NCBI GenBank assembly: GCA_963774265.1
Contig: CAVZDU010000001.1
Span: forward strand, 1,376,001-1,440,000
Direction of reading: 5' to 3'
DNA length: 64,000 nt
Source of the DNA: an uncultured Chloroflexia bacterium
GTDB lineage: Bacteria > Chloroflexota > Anaerolineae > CG2-30-64-16
The position numbers were made by a program, and so were the translations under genes. Shown here one piece after another: positions 31,556 through 42,174 of the stretch (position 1 is its first letter; every line of letters starts with the position of its first letter). The notes under the pieces were generated by a model. The model ran no database searches. It saw only the letters and a program-made list of their open reading frames with translations, and was not told the DNA's origin.

Positions 31556-32917
31556 ATGTCACGGCGATTCAATCTGATGTTTGTCATGCTGATCCTGGCG
31601 AGCCTCGTGCTCGCGGCATGCGGCGGCGGCGCTGCCACTCAGGCCCCGGCTGCCCCCACGGCCACCCAGGCGCCCGCGGCCGCCCCTGCGGCGACCGAAG
31701 CCCCGGCCGCTGCCCCTGCGGCGACCGAAGCCCCGGCTGCTGCGCCCGCAGCCACCGAAGCCCCGGCCGCAACCGAAGCTCCGGCTGCTGAAGCCAAGAC
31801 CATCACCATCTGGCACCAGTGGGACGGCAAGTACCTGGATGCGATTCAGGCCGCCTTTAAGGCGTATGAGACTGCGAACCCTGGCGTGAAGATCGACATC
31901 TCCAAGCCCGATGATGTCAGCAACGCGTTGAAGGTCGCCATTCCCGCCGGTGAGGGACCTGACATCATCGGTTGGGCGAATGACAAGATCGGTTCGCTGG
32001 CGCTGGCCGGCAACATCGTCGCCCTCGATGACCTGGGCGTCGACAAGGCGTTCCTCGACAGCACTTTCGAGCCAGCGGCTGTGAAGGGCGTTATCTGGTC
32101 CGGCAAGATTTGGGCGCTCCCCGAAAGCCAGGAAGGCATCGCGCTGGTCTACAACAAGGACCTCGTGACGGACAAGTACCTGCCCAAGGACCTGGATGAT
32201 CTGCTAGTCAAGGCTGAGCAGTTCCAGAAGGACACCGGCAACGTGCTGGTTTGCAACCAGGGTTTCGGCGCCCAGGACGCATACCATGTGGCCCCGATTT
32301 ACTTTGGCTATGGCATGCCGACCTATGTCGACGACGCTGGTAAGGTCTATATGAACACGCCCGAGGGTATCAAGGGCGCCGAGTGGCTTGCGGCCTTGAG
32401 CAAGGTCTCCCTGAAGGAGAACTCTTACGACATCTGCAACGCTTCGCTGAAGGACGGCAAGATTGGTGCGTGGTGGACGGGCCCGTGGGCGATTGCCGCT
32501 GTGGAAGAGAACAAGATTAACTACGGGATCCTCTCTGTCGGCAAGCCGTTCGTCGGCATCAAGACCTTGATGATCAGCAAGAACGCTGTTGACCGCGGCA
32601 CCGCCGAACTGGCGCTGGACATCCTGAAGTTCTTCACCAGCGCCGAGGTGCAGAAGCCGATTGCCCTGACCAACAAGACCATCCCGGCCACCACCGCGGC
32701 CCTGAAGGATCCTGAGGTCCAGGCGCTCGGCACCATCGCCGGGTTTGGCGAGGCACTAAGGGTGGGCGTGCCCATGGCGAATACACCGTATGCGGATGCC
32801 CAGTGGGTGCCCGTTGGCGATGCCAGCGCGGCAGTGTGGACTGGCGCCCAAACGCCGGCCGATGCGATGGCCGGCGCCCAGAAGGCCATTGAAGACAAAG
32901 TCAAGGAAATGCAGTAG
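31556..32917 (+). CDS. Maltose/maltodextrin ABC transporter binding lipoprotein (MalE-like)
   Basis: Lipobox LAAC, ITIWHQW, GEGPDII, LVYNKDLV, TGPW, KPFVG, PMAN. Confidence 0.92.
   Translation: MSRRFNLMFVMLILASLVLAACGGGAATQAPAAPTATQAPAAAPAATEAPAAAPAATEAPAAAPAATEAPAATEAPAAEAKTITIWHQWDGKYLDAIQAAFKAYETANPGVKIDISKPDDVSNALKVAIPAGEGPDIIGWANDKIGSLALAGNIVALDDLGVDKAFLDSTFEPAAVKGVIWSGKIWALPESQEGIALVYNKDLVTDKYLPKDLDDLLVKAEQFQKDTGNVLVCNQGFGAQDAYHVAPIYFGYGMPTYVDDAGKVYMNTPEGIKGAEWLAALSKVSLKENSYDICNASLKDGKIGAWWTGPWAIAAVEENKINYGILSVGKPFVGIKTLMISKNAVDRGTAELALDILKFFTSAEVQKPIALTNKTIPATTAALKDPEVQALGTIAGFGEALRVGVPMANTPYADAQWVPVGDASAAVWTGAQTPADAMAGAQKAIEDKVKEMQ
31656..31790 (+). repeat. ~30-bp tandem coding repeat (PAATEAPAAA)
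   Basis: GCGGCGACCGAAGCCCCGGCCGCTGCCCCT-like units, about 4 copies. Confidence 0.85.
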
Positions 32918-32929
32918 ACTTCGGTTTTT

Positions 32930-32960
32930 GTGGGGCGGCTGAGAAGATCGGTCGCCCCAC
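32930..32960 (+). other. Intercistronic stem-loop after the malE-like gene
   Basis: GTGGGGCGGCTGA-gaaga-TCGGTCGCCCCAC. Confidence 0.7.
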
Positions 32961-33017
32961 ACTCCTTCAGCCAACCAAATACGGCGCGCACCGCCTCACT
33001 CTCAAGGAGGTCACCCA

Positions 33018-34232
33018 ATGGTCAATTGGTCGGGACGCCGCAAAACGTTGATGATCCTTCTCTTTACTGGCCCAATGCTCCTGGGGCTCCTGGTCTTCAA
33101 CGTCTATCCCATCGTCTTCAGCACCTACATCTCCCTCACCAATCGCAATCAATTTCACCCTTACCCCGATTGCACGGAAGCTGCCAATCGCATTATTGAG
33201 CCAACTTGTTGGGGCCTGACCAAGGCACCGTCTGGGCTGGGCCAGCCTTTCGGCATTCGGGAACCTTTCTATGCCAACTATACCGACATGCTCGGCCAGT
33301 TCTTCACCAGTTCTTCGATGGTCAATCTGATGCGGATTCTGGCCGTTCTCGTGCCCATCATCATCGCCGCACAGGTGAACAAACGCCTGGGGCGGCAACT
33401 GATTCGGCCAGTATCATCCGGCGCGGTCTGGCTGGCGGGAATCGTGGGTGCAATCGCCGTGGCCCTTCTCGTCAACCTGGGAGGTGCATATCAAACGCTC
33501 CTCAATTCAGGTGACTTCGTGGGCGTCATTGTCCAGACAGTCCTGTATGTGGCCATCCGTGTGCCGCTGACCCTTGTGTTGGCGATGGTGCTCGCGTTGG
33601 TACTCAACAGCGACTTTATCAAGGGTCGCTCTTTCTTTCGGGTACTCTTGTTCGTTCCGTGGGCTGCGTCTTCGCTGGCGATCCTCATTGCCCTTATCTG
33701 GCAGTTCTTCTTCCGCGAGCAGGGCACGATCAACCAGTTCCTGGCCGCAGTCTTCGGCATCAAGGGGCCAGCCTGGCTGAACATGGAATGGGGGGCGATG
33801 GGCGCGGTCGTGCTCGCTGATATCTGGTTCTCCTACCCCTTCATGATGATCATCATTCTGGGAGCTCTGCAGTCGATCCCGGGTGAACAGTACGAGGCGT
33901 CGGAGATTGATGGCGCGACCTGGATGCAGCAGTTCAGCAGCATTACGCTGCCGCTGCTGAGACCGGCCATCTTGCCAGCCATCGTGTTGACCTCAATCTC
34001 CGCCTTCCAGATGTTCGGCACTGCCTATGCAATGACCGCCGGTGGCCCGATCAAAGGCGCAGGGAGGCCCGGCTTCACCGAGCTTGTCATGGTTTATGCC
34101 TACAAGCAGGTGTTCCAGACCCAGGCTTATGGCCGCATGGGCGCGTTTGCGGTGATCATCTTCATTCTGCTCTTTGCCGCGACGCTGTACAGCCTCCGTG
34201 TCACGCGCATCACGAAAGGAGCCTACGAATGA
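33018..34232 (+). CDS. Sugar ABC permease (MalF-like)
   Basis: EAA-loop YEASEIDGA, ITLPLLRP, multiple TMs. Confidence 0.92.
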   Translation: MVNWSGRRKTLMILLFTGPMLLGLLVFNVYPIVFSTYISLTNRNQFHPYPDCTEAANRIIEPTCWGLTKAPSGLGQPFGIREPFYANYTDMLGQFFTSSSMVNLMRILAVLVPIIIAAQVNKRLGRQLIRPVSSGAVWLAGIVGAIAVALLVNLGGAYQTLLNSGDFVGVIVQTVLYVAIRVPLTLVLAMVLALVLNSDFIKGRSFFRVLLFVPWAASSLAILIALIWQFFFREQGTINQFLAAVFGIKGPAWLNMEWGAMGAVVLADIWFSYPFMMIIILGALQSIPGEQYEASEIDGATWMQQFSSITLPLLRPAILPAIVLTSISAFQMFGTAYAMTAGGPIKGAGRPGFTELVMVYAYKQVFQTQAYGRMGAFAVIIFILLFAATLYSLRVTRITKGAYE

Positions 34233-35074
34233 AACGGCGTCCGTCCCCCATCGTCATGGCTTTGCAGTACCTCCTGCTTGTCCTGGCGGGCATCTTCGCA
34301 TTCTATCCCGTCTGGTTCGCCATTCTCGCTTCGGGACGCCTGGGCGGACGTCTCTACAGCATGAACCTGCCTGGGATGCTCTTCCCCGTCGAGTGGACTT
34401 TCGAGAACTACAGGGTCATGCTATTCGACCGACCCTTCCTCACCTGGCTGATGAACAGCATCGTCGTAGCTGCGATCACGATGGGCAGCTCGATGTTGTT
34501 TGCGACGTCGGCCGCGTTCGCCTTCTCGCGCTTTCGATTTAAGGGGCGTGAGCTAGGGCTCATCTTTTTCCTGGCGTTGCAGGCATTCCCGGGCGTGCTG
34601 GCGCTGGTCCCCGTTGCACAACTCCTGGCCGCATTGGGTCTGTACGGCTCCAAGCTGGGCCTGGTGTTCGCCTACACGACGGGCACTCTTATCTTCTGTA
34701 CGTGGAATTTGAAGGGTTATTTCGACACCATCCCCATAGACCTCGAAGAAGCGGGGATGATCGACGGCGCCGGGCCGATTCAATCGTTCCTATTGATCGC
34801 CCTGCCGCTGGCGCGGCCCGCGTTGGCAGTCACGGCTCTCTTCGCATTTCTGGCGGGCTGGAGCGACTTCGTCTTCGCGTCCGTCCTCGTGCCCGCGCCC
34901 GACAGCGCGAAAATGCTGGTACCGGGCATGTACAGCCTGGCGAACAGCCAGAGTGTGCCCTGGGGGTACTTCGCGGCCGGCGCCGTGATGATCATTTTGC
35001 CGGTGTCCGCGTTGTTCCTCTATCTGCAGCGCTTCTTCGAGTCTGGCCTGACGCTCGGCGGCGTGAAGGGCTAA
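34229..35074 (+). CDS. Sugar ABC permease (MalG-like)
   Basis: KGYFDTIPIDLEEAGMIDGA, LPLARP, C-terminal GLTLGGVKG. Confidence 0.93.
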   Translation: MKRRPSPIVMALQYLLLVLAGIFAFYPVWFAILASGRLGGRLYSMNLPGMLFPVEWTFENYRVMLFDRPFLTWLMNSIVVAAITMGSSMLFATSAAFAFSRFRFKGRELGLIFFLALQAFPGVLALVPVAQLLAALGLYGSKLGLVFAYTTGTLIFCTWNLKGYFDTIPIDLEEAGMIDGAGPIQSFLLIALPLARPALAVTALFAFLAGWSDFVFASVLVPAPDSAKMLVPGMYSLANSQSVPWGYFAAGAVMIILPVSALFLYLQRFFESGLTLGGVKG

Positions 35075-35150
35075 ACGGTTGTGGCCTGCTGCAACCTGAT
35101 GATCAAGCACCAAAAGAGGCACTTGCAGGATCCTATCGGTAGTACGCCAT

Positions 35151-35189
35151 AGCCGGATGCGCTGGAGCACAGCCATCCGGCTGCTTTTT
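35151..35189 (+). terminator. Probable intrinsic terminator after the malG-like gene
   Basis: AGCCGGATG...CATCCGGCT stem followed by GCTTTTT. Confidence 0.65.
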
Positions 35190-35202
35190 CCCACGTGGCC
35201 CT

Positions 35203-37326
35203 ATGCGAACATTGCGTTCTTCGCGACATCTGACGGTCCTGGGCATCGTCCTGTTGGCCGCGGTCCTGCACCTGTGGGCCGCAACGAAGCTGCCGGTGGA
35301 TTTCGATGAGCCGGATTATGTCCAGGCTGGCTACGGCTATGCCGCGGTGATAGCTGCAGGTGACCTGGATGGGTTGATAGACTACCCATTCAACCGTGAG
35401 CACCCCCCGTTGGTTAAGTTGACCTACGGCCTGGCTGTTTTGGCCCTCGGTGATCGGGCCACCTGGATCGGCTCACTGTACGCGGCGCGGCTGATCTCCG
35501 CGGCCCTCGGCGTGCTGGCGGTGCTGTTCCTGACACTGGTCGATCCGCTGGCCGGCGTGCTGCTGGCCACTCACACCCTGGCCATGAAGTACACCAGTCA
35601 GGCCTACCTGGAGGCGCTGCCTTTCTGTGCGGGGTTGGCTGCGGTGCTGGCGATGACCCGCTCGCGAGCGACGCGCGATCGCTGGTTCTGGCTGTCGGCC
35701 GTGGCGTTGGGCGTGACCGCGGCCGGCAAATTCACCTATTTCCCCGTGGTATTTCCCATCTTCTTCCTGTTGGTGGTGCACCAGAAGCGGCGCTGGACCG
35801 ATCTCCTTCTCTACGGTGGCGTCGCCGTGGCGACCTTCTGGGCGTTGAACCCAACACTCTGGCGCGAGCCGTTGGCGCGGTTTGCCGATATGCTGCTGTT
35901 TCATGTGCGATACTCGCAAGGTTCGAATGTCCAGCGCGCCGGCTACCCCTGGTATCAGCCGGTATTGTGGCTGTCACAACCTGTCCCCTGGCATCGCCAG
36001 GTGTTTTTCTATATCGGGCCGGACGGTCTTATCTTTTGGCTGGCTGCCCTGGGCGCGTGTTTGGAGCGCCGCACGCGGCCGTGGCTCGCGGTCTGGCTGG
36101 TTTGTGGGCTGGCCGTACTACTTTTTTGGCGCACCAAGTGGCCCCAGTACACACTGGTGCTGGTCCCGGCGCTTTGCCTGGCCGCAGCGTCCGCGCTCCG
36201 CTGGCTGGCGCAGCGGGTGCGTGATTGGGAGGACCGTTGGCAGGTTCTGCGCAACATTTTCCCGCGCCCACGCGTTCGTTCTGGATCTTCATCCTTCTGC
36301 TGGTGGCCGCTGTTATCTTAGGGATGGCGTTCAATTCGATCCGCACGGTGACCACCCGCATGCCCTGGTCGCATATGACTTCGGAGGCGACCCTTTTGCC
36401 GAGCAACACCGTTCATGCCATCCTGGCTCTCTCAGGTGGCGAACTGCCACCGGGCAGTATGGCGCTTGGCACAGAGCGCGGTCTGGCTGTGTGGGCGCCG
36501 GCGATCGAGAACCATTCGATCGATCGTTGGATGATCTTCACTGCGGAGGACGGTGGCCTTCCACACGACCGCGTGCTTGCCCTGGCGCAGGATGCGGCCG
36601 GGAATCTATGGATTGGCACGGGCGGCGGCGTGGGCAGGTATGACGGCACTGACTGGCAAGTTGACCGGGCATCCGACCTGGGCCTTGGGGGTGAGCAGGT
36701 GAACGCACTGGGGGTGGACAGCGCCGGCCGCGTCTGGGCCGGCACCGATGCCGGCGCTGCCGTGTTCGACGGCGAGGCCTGGCAGCCCTATACGGCCGCC
36801 ACATCCGGACTGAAAAGCGATTATGTGCTTTCGCTGGCGATCGAGCGTCGTGCCGGCGGAGACGTGATCTGGTTCGGCCTGTTGGACGGGATCAGCCGGC
36901 TCGACATGGCCACTGGCCAATGGACCAGTCTCACGCCCGCGGAGGCCGATCTCGGATCGGGCGGCATCGGAGCGCTCTATGTCGATGCGGCGGGCCACGT
37001 GTGGGCGGGCTCGCTGGGCGGAGGGCTGAGCCGCTGGGACGGCGTCAATTGGCGAGGCGCGCGGACGGGCGACTGGGATATTCCTAACGAGACGGTCCAG
37101 GTGATTTCTGAGAGCGAGCCGGGTCGCCTGTGGGTCGGCACCGCCCTGCCGATGAACGTTGGCGGCACGCTGTCGAGTTATGACGGTCGCGGCGTGGCGG
37201 CATTACTCGGCGAGCAACTCCGGCTATTCGGGCGCCGAGCCACTGGCGCTCGCCCTCGATGCCCAAGGCAGGCTATGGGCCGGTACCCAGACGGCAGGTG
37301 TGGACATCTTTCTGATGGAGCATTGA
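35203..37326 (+). CDS. GT-C/GT39 (PMT-like) membrane domain joined to a two-component-regulator-type beta-propeller; apparent frameshifts ~36270 and ~37190
   Basis: DFDEPDY and EHPPLVK in ORF 35203-36321; LPSNTVHAI, LPHDRVLALAQDAAGNLWIGT and DSAGRVWAGT repeats in ORF 36225-37370; last frame AQGRLWAGT...MEH* ends at 37326. Confidence 0.72.
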
Positions 37327-37327
37327 C

Positions 37328-38956
37328 ATGGAGGAATTCACCTTCGGAACCTTGGCCACCGATGAACTGAAACTGACCCACCACCGGGCCGCGCAACGAG
37401 GGCTCCAGCATGATCACCAATTGGAACCCTATGACCCGCTGCCCGGTCAGCCGGTCACGGTCACGGCGCGTGTTGGGCCGGACCTGGACGCTGGCACGGT
37501 CGCCTGTTACTACACAACTGACGGCAGCGAGCCGGCGGGGAGCCGAGGAACTGCTGAGAATGGGGCCGTCCTCTTCCTCCGACGGTCTGACATCACCTGG
37601 GATACCCTGGCGTGGGGCTACCTGACGGTCTGGCGCGGCATCTTGCCCGCACAGACTGAAGGAACGCTCCTGCGGTACCGCATCGGCGCATGGAACGGCG
37701 ACGGCCCTGAGCTCTTCGCCGATTGGCCCCGCGTGCAGGATGTGGTGGAAGCTGCCGCGCACGCCTTTTTCCATGGACCGGCGCTCCCTGTCGCCACCGC
37801 ACAGCTGCCCGGTGGCGGCCACACGTTCGTTTGTCCCGTCGATCGTCTGGGACCGCCCGCGTGGGCGCGCAACGCGGTTATCTACCAGATATTTGTCGAT
37901 CGCTTTAGCCCGGGCGCGGGCCGGGAGTGGCGACAGACGTCCGATCTGCGCGCGGTTTGGGGCGGCACGCTGTGGGGCGTGATCGAGAAGCTGGACTACA
38001 TTGCTGAGTTGGGCGCGGATTGCATCTGGCTTACCCCTATCTTCGTCTCAGATTCGCACCACGGCTACGACGCGGTGGATCTGGCCCACATTGAGCCGCG
38101 TTTGGGCGGCGAGAAGGCTCTGGCCGCTCTAGTGGAAGATGCGCATGCACGAGGTATTCGCATTCTGCTGGATATGGTCTGCAACCATGTTTCGGCCCGG
38201 CACCCGATGTTCCGGGCTGCGCAGGCGGACCCCAGCGGCCCTTATCGTGACTGGTTCACCTTCGATGATTCACCCATCGGTTATCGCACTTTCTCCGGCG
38301 TTGCGTCGATGCCCGAGGTGAACCTGGCCGACGCAGGCGCGCGCGGTTGGCTTATCGACATCGCGCGATACTGGCTGCGCGAATTTGGCATTGACGGTTA
38401 CCGGCTGGACTATGCCAACGGGCCGGGACCGGACTTCTGGGCGGATTTCTGGACGGCGTGTAAGGCGGAGCGTCCGGACAGCTTCTGCTTTGGCGAGGTC
38501 ATCGATGCGCCCGACGCCCAGCGCTCGTACGTTGGCCGACTGGATGGCTGCCTGGACTTCCACTTAAGCGAGATGCTGCGCCGGACCTTCGCCTTCCGTA
38601 CCCGCACCGGGGCGGACCTGGAGCGTTTCCTCTCGCGCCACGCCGGTTTTTTCCCCTTCAATTTCGTCATGCCGACGTTCATCGACAATCATGATATGGA
38701 CCGTTTTCTTTTCATTGCAGGGGGCGACAAGGGCGCGCTGCGCCGGGCGGTCGCGCTACAGATGCGACTTCCCGGTCCGCCTATCATCTACTATGGCACG
38801 GAGATTGGATTGACGCAGCTCGAGGGCAAGGATGAGGGTCTGGGGTTGGACGTGTGTCGCGTTCCCATGGCGTGGGATGAAAAACAGGATGGGGGACTGT
38901 TGGCCTTCTATCGCGACCAGATCCGCGAACGCCGCCGGCGACAGGCCGCCGTGTAG
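37328..38956 (+). CDS. GH13 alpha-amylase family (neopullulanase/cyclomaltodextrinase-like)
   Basis: YQIFVDRF, HGYD, DMVCNH, DGYRLDYA, GEV, DNHD, IYYGTEIG. Confidence 0.93.
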   Translation: MEEFTFGTLATDELKLTHHRAAQRGLQHDHQLEPYDPLPGQPVTVTARVGPDLDAGTVACYYTTDGSEPAGSRGTAENGAVLFLRRSDITWDTLAWGYLTVWRGILPAQTEGTLLRYRIGAWNGDGPELFADWPRVQDVVEAAAHAFFHGPALPVATAQLPGGGHTFVCPVDRLGPPAWARNAVIYQIFVDRFSPGAGREWRQTSDLRAVWGGTLWGVIEKLDYIAELGADCIWLTPIFVSDSHHGYDAVDLAHIEPRLGGEKALAALVEDAHARGIRILLDMVCNHVSARHPMFRAAQADPSGPYRDWFTFDDSPIGYRTFSGVASMPEVNLADAGARGWLIDIARYWLREFGIDGYRLDYANGPGPDFWADFWTACKAERPDSFCFGEVIDAPDAQRSYVGRLDGCLDFHLSEMLRRTFAFRTRTGADLERFLSRHAGFFPFNFVMPTFIDNHDMDRFLFIAGGDKGALRRAVALQMRLPGPPIIYYGTEIGLTQLEGKDEGLGLDVCRVPMAWDEKQDGGLLAFYRDQIRERRRRQAAV

Positions 38957-39041
38957 GTCGACGCGACAATCTATCGCAGGCATTTCCAATACCAGTGCGT
39001 CAGGGCCTCTCGAAGGCGATGGGGGCATCGACCTAATGGGC

Positions 39042-41509
39042 TCATACGCGCTCCAGCACGTTCCGCAACGCCATCCACTGCGCGTCGCTCACCCGATCCA
39101 TTTCGCCAGCTAACTGCTGCGAGCGCTGCGGCTCCTGCACGAGATCCGGCATGGCCTCATTCAGAACCAGCTTCGCCCACGAATCGAGCTTGAATGCCCG
39201 CAGCATGGCACGGCAGGTCTCCAGGCGCCGATCACGCTTGGAAAGCAGGGAACCATCCGCCACGCCGAGCGCCAGCGTCAGTTCGTCGGCCGGACCAACC
39301 GGCAGGCTCGGCAATTGCAATGATTCGGTAGCCTCGTCGTAGGTCCACTCGACCGTCAGGCCGGCTCCGTTGATCGCCACGTTAACCTGATCCGGCTTAC
39401 GGACGCCCCGGAACATCAGCCGATAGGCGCGTCCAGCCGGGATGAGGCGGCCGGCCACCCTTTGGTGGCGCGATGCCGCCGCGTTGCCCTCAACCTTGTT
39501 GATCTTGAAGGTCAACTGTGAGTCCCCCCAGGTCTGTGCCAGACGTGTGATCGCATAGTCGCCATCCAGGTATGCGGTTGAGGCGCCGTCGTCCTCGTAG
39601 AGCGCGAACGCGCCATCCGCGCCGGGGAAGACGACCACCGTCAATTCGGCAGGGTTGTCGATGCCGCCCCAGCCGACTTGCGGCCCCAGCGGCACGATGC
39701 CGCCGGCCCGGGCGAGCACGGGGATGTCATCGAGCGTGCCGTATAGTGTCACCGTGCGACCGCCGGTGAAGTGCTCGCCCGTGGTGAAGTCGAACCAATC
39801 TCCATGCGGCAGCCAGACCGATTGTCGGCTCAGGTTGGTATCTTCGTGGCGCGGGGTCACGAAGGGCGCGACCAGAAGCTCACTGCCGAACCAGAACTGG
39901 GTGCGGCAGTGATACGCCTCTCTCCGCTCCGGCTCCCAGTAATAGAGTGGCGTCACCAGGGGGATGCTTTCTTGCGCCATGCGCCACGCCATGGTGTAGA
40001 GGTACGGGATCAAGGCGTGGCGCAACCGCATCGCGTTGCGCGTGACGCGGAATACATCATCGCCGTGGCCCCACGGCCGGCGATCGAGAAATGGGTTACT
40101 GGTGCTGTGCAGGCGCAGGATCGGGCTAAAGACGCCGAGCTGCACCCAGCGCGCGTATAGCTCGGGCTCCTCGATGCCGCCCATGTGGCCGCCGATGTCG
40201 TGGCTCCACCAGCCGAACGCGACGTTCGAGGCCGTGGCAGTGAAATAGGGCTGAAACGCCAGGGAAGCCCACGTCACGCAGGTGTCGCCGGAGAAGCCGA
40301 TGGGGTAGCGGTGGCTGCCAAGTCCACCCCAGCGCGAGAAGATGAAGGGACGCCGGGCGCCGTCACGGCCAAGGTCATAGAAGTGCAGGTGGTTGAGCCA
40401 CCACAGCGGGTCCATGACCTCGGCCACCGGCTGCTTGGAGTAGACCATGCGCTGGCCCTGCTGCCAGTCAAGCCACCAGAAATCGACCCCCTGTGCTTCC
40501 ATCGGATGGTGCAAGATCTTGAAGTAGCCTTCGACAAAGTGCGGATCAGCCGCGTCAAAGCGCACCGGTTGGCCGCTCGACGGGTCTTGGTCCATCCAGC
40601 GCGCCATCGCCTCGTACTGCTCCTCGTGCGGCCAGATGCCGTCGGCCGGATGCAGGTTCAGTGCGGTGCGCAAACCCTGGCTCGTGCAGCCAGGCCAGGA
40701 ACCCCTCCGGGTCAGGCCACTGCTGGCGATTCCAGGTGTAGCCGGTCCAGCCGCGAGATACGTTGCCCGTCTTGGTGATGTGCCAGTCCATGTCGATAAT
40801 GCACACCGACAGGGGCACCTGCTTCTCCCGGAACTCGACCATCAGATCACGCAACTCGTCCTGGCGATAGTTCCAGAAGCGACTCCACCAGTTGCCCAAC
40901 ACGTAGCGCGGCACCATGGGCACGCGGCCGCTGACTCTCGTGAAGTCTTGCAGACAGCCGATGTAGTCGTGGCCGTGGCCGAAGAAATACAGATCCTGGT
41001 ACTCGGAAACACGAGCCGGGGGCCGTTCTTCCAGCCAGCCAATCCTGATTGAAAACCAGGCTGGCTGAGTCATCCACCAGAGACCATCCCGCGCGAGACA
41101 TCAGGCCCGGCTCCAGCGGTATTTCGCCATCAGCCTTATCGAGCGTCCGCGCGGTGCCCCGTAGGTTACGGCGATCGCGGTCACCCAAGCGCCAGGTCAC
41201 GCCCAGTTCCTTCACCAAGACGGAGAGGGTCTCGGCGGTGAAGCCTGCCTCAGTGACCCGGTAGCGGAGCAGCAGGTGCTCAGTCTCGATTTCGATCCCG
41301 TCCGATGCTTGTGTGGACCTGAATGGTGGTATGGGCTGGCGGCGATACCAGAACGCCTGACTAGCGCGATCTTCGAAGGCGTTGCTTTGGCTGTACTCCA
41401 TGCGGATCAAACGCGAGGTCAACACCGTGAAGCGGACTTCCGGTCCGGTTACGAAAGCGGCCGGATCGGCCTGTGATGGAAATGAAGCGGGGATCGTGAT
41501 GGCCGTCAT
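39042..41509 (-). CDS. GH31 alpha-glucosidase-family protein, apparent frameshifts ~41045 and ~40675
   Basis: LGNWWSR, IDMDWH, DFWWLDWQQG, GFSGD, WSHDIGG, LRLH, LYEDDG; split over three ORFs. Confidence 0.9.
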
Positions 41510-41528
41510 GTTTCGTCCTCGCGTGCAA

Positions 41529-41564
41529 TGGAGTCAGTGTAACATGATCAGAAGGCTGACTCCA
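41529..41564. promoter_or_regulatory. 9-bp inverted repeat bracketing the GH31 promoter
   Basis: TGGAGTCAG-N18-CTGACTCCA, overlapping a minus-strand TGtTACACT extended -10. Confidence 0.5.
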
Positions 41565-41643
41565 AGTCGTTCCGACTGAGATCGAGTAGACTTTGTGTTC
41601 CCGGTTCCTTGCGCATTCTCCTCGCCCGGTGCTAGAATTAGCC

Positions 41644-42171
41644 ATGCATATTTATCGGGCCGATCTGCGCGACCTGACCGGCTGCCTGCAACTCGATGGC
41701 TCCTATGAGACCGAGCATGTCTGGCAGATCACGCAACAACAAGAGGGCGGCCAGGTTATCACGCGCTTCCAGGTGGCGCGCCTGCCGCGTGCGATGCAGG
41801 TGCAGTACCCTGGTTGGAGTGAGGCGCTGCTGGCGCACCAACAACGAGGCGACCTGATCCTGGTGGCGGCGGCTGCTACGGATGTGCATGGGTATATTGA
41901 CCAGGAGTCGCAGCCCGACCAATCGGTTGCCTGGATCCATCATCTGGTCATCAAGCCGGAGCAACGCCGGCAAGGGATCGGTTCAGCACTATTGACGCGC
42001 GGGTTGCAGCACGGACGACAACAGGGGATGGCCCAGGTGATGACCGTCGTGCAAAGCAAAAACTACCCGGGCATCCAGTTCTTGCAGAAACACGGTTTCA
42101 AGTTCTGTGGCTATAATGAGCGATATTACCGCAGCAGGGACATTGCGCTGTATTTTGTACGCGGGTTATAG
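41644..42171 (+). CDS. GNAT acetyltransferase (streptothricin acetyltransferase-like), probably leaderless
   Basis: Motif A RRQGIGSALL and NYPGIQFLQKHGF; TGcTAGAAT lies 5 nt before the ATG and there is no SD. Confidence 0.9.
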   Translation: MHIYRADLRDLTGCLQLDGSYETEHVWQITQQQEGGQVITRFQVARLPRAMQVQYPGWSEALLAHQQRGDLILVAAAATDVHGYIDQESQPDQSVAWIHHLVIKPEQRRQGIGSALLTRGLQHGRQQGMAQVMTVVQSKNYPGIQFLQKHGFKFCGYNERYYRSRDIALYFVRGL

Positions 42172-42174
42172 GGC

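Noticed and set aside
31240-31556. Known riboswitch (c-di-GMP, TPP, cobalamin) in the malE-like leader
   Set aside because: No diagnostic conserved motifs recognised; kept only as an unknown structured leader.
39248-39258. Partial GGATGGTTCC(C) matches here and at ~26159-26168 as further copies of the 20-bp repeat
   Set aside because: Both lack the TCCC-NNN-GGGA half; they are explained by coding sequence and by the ECF -35 box.
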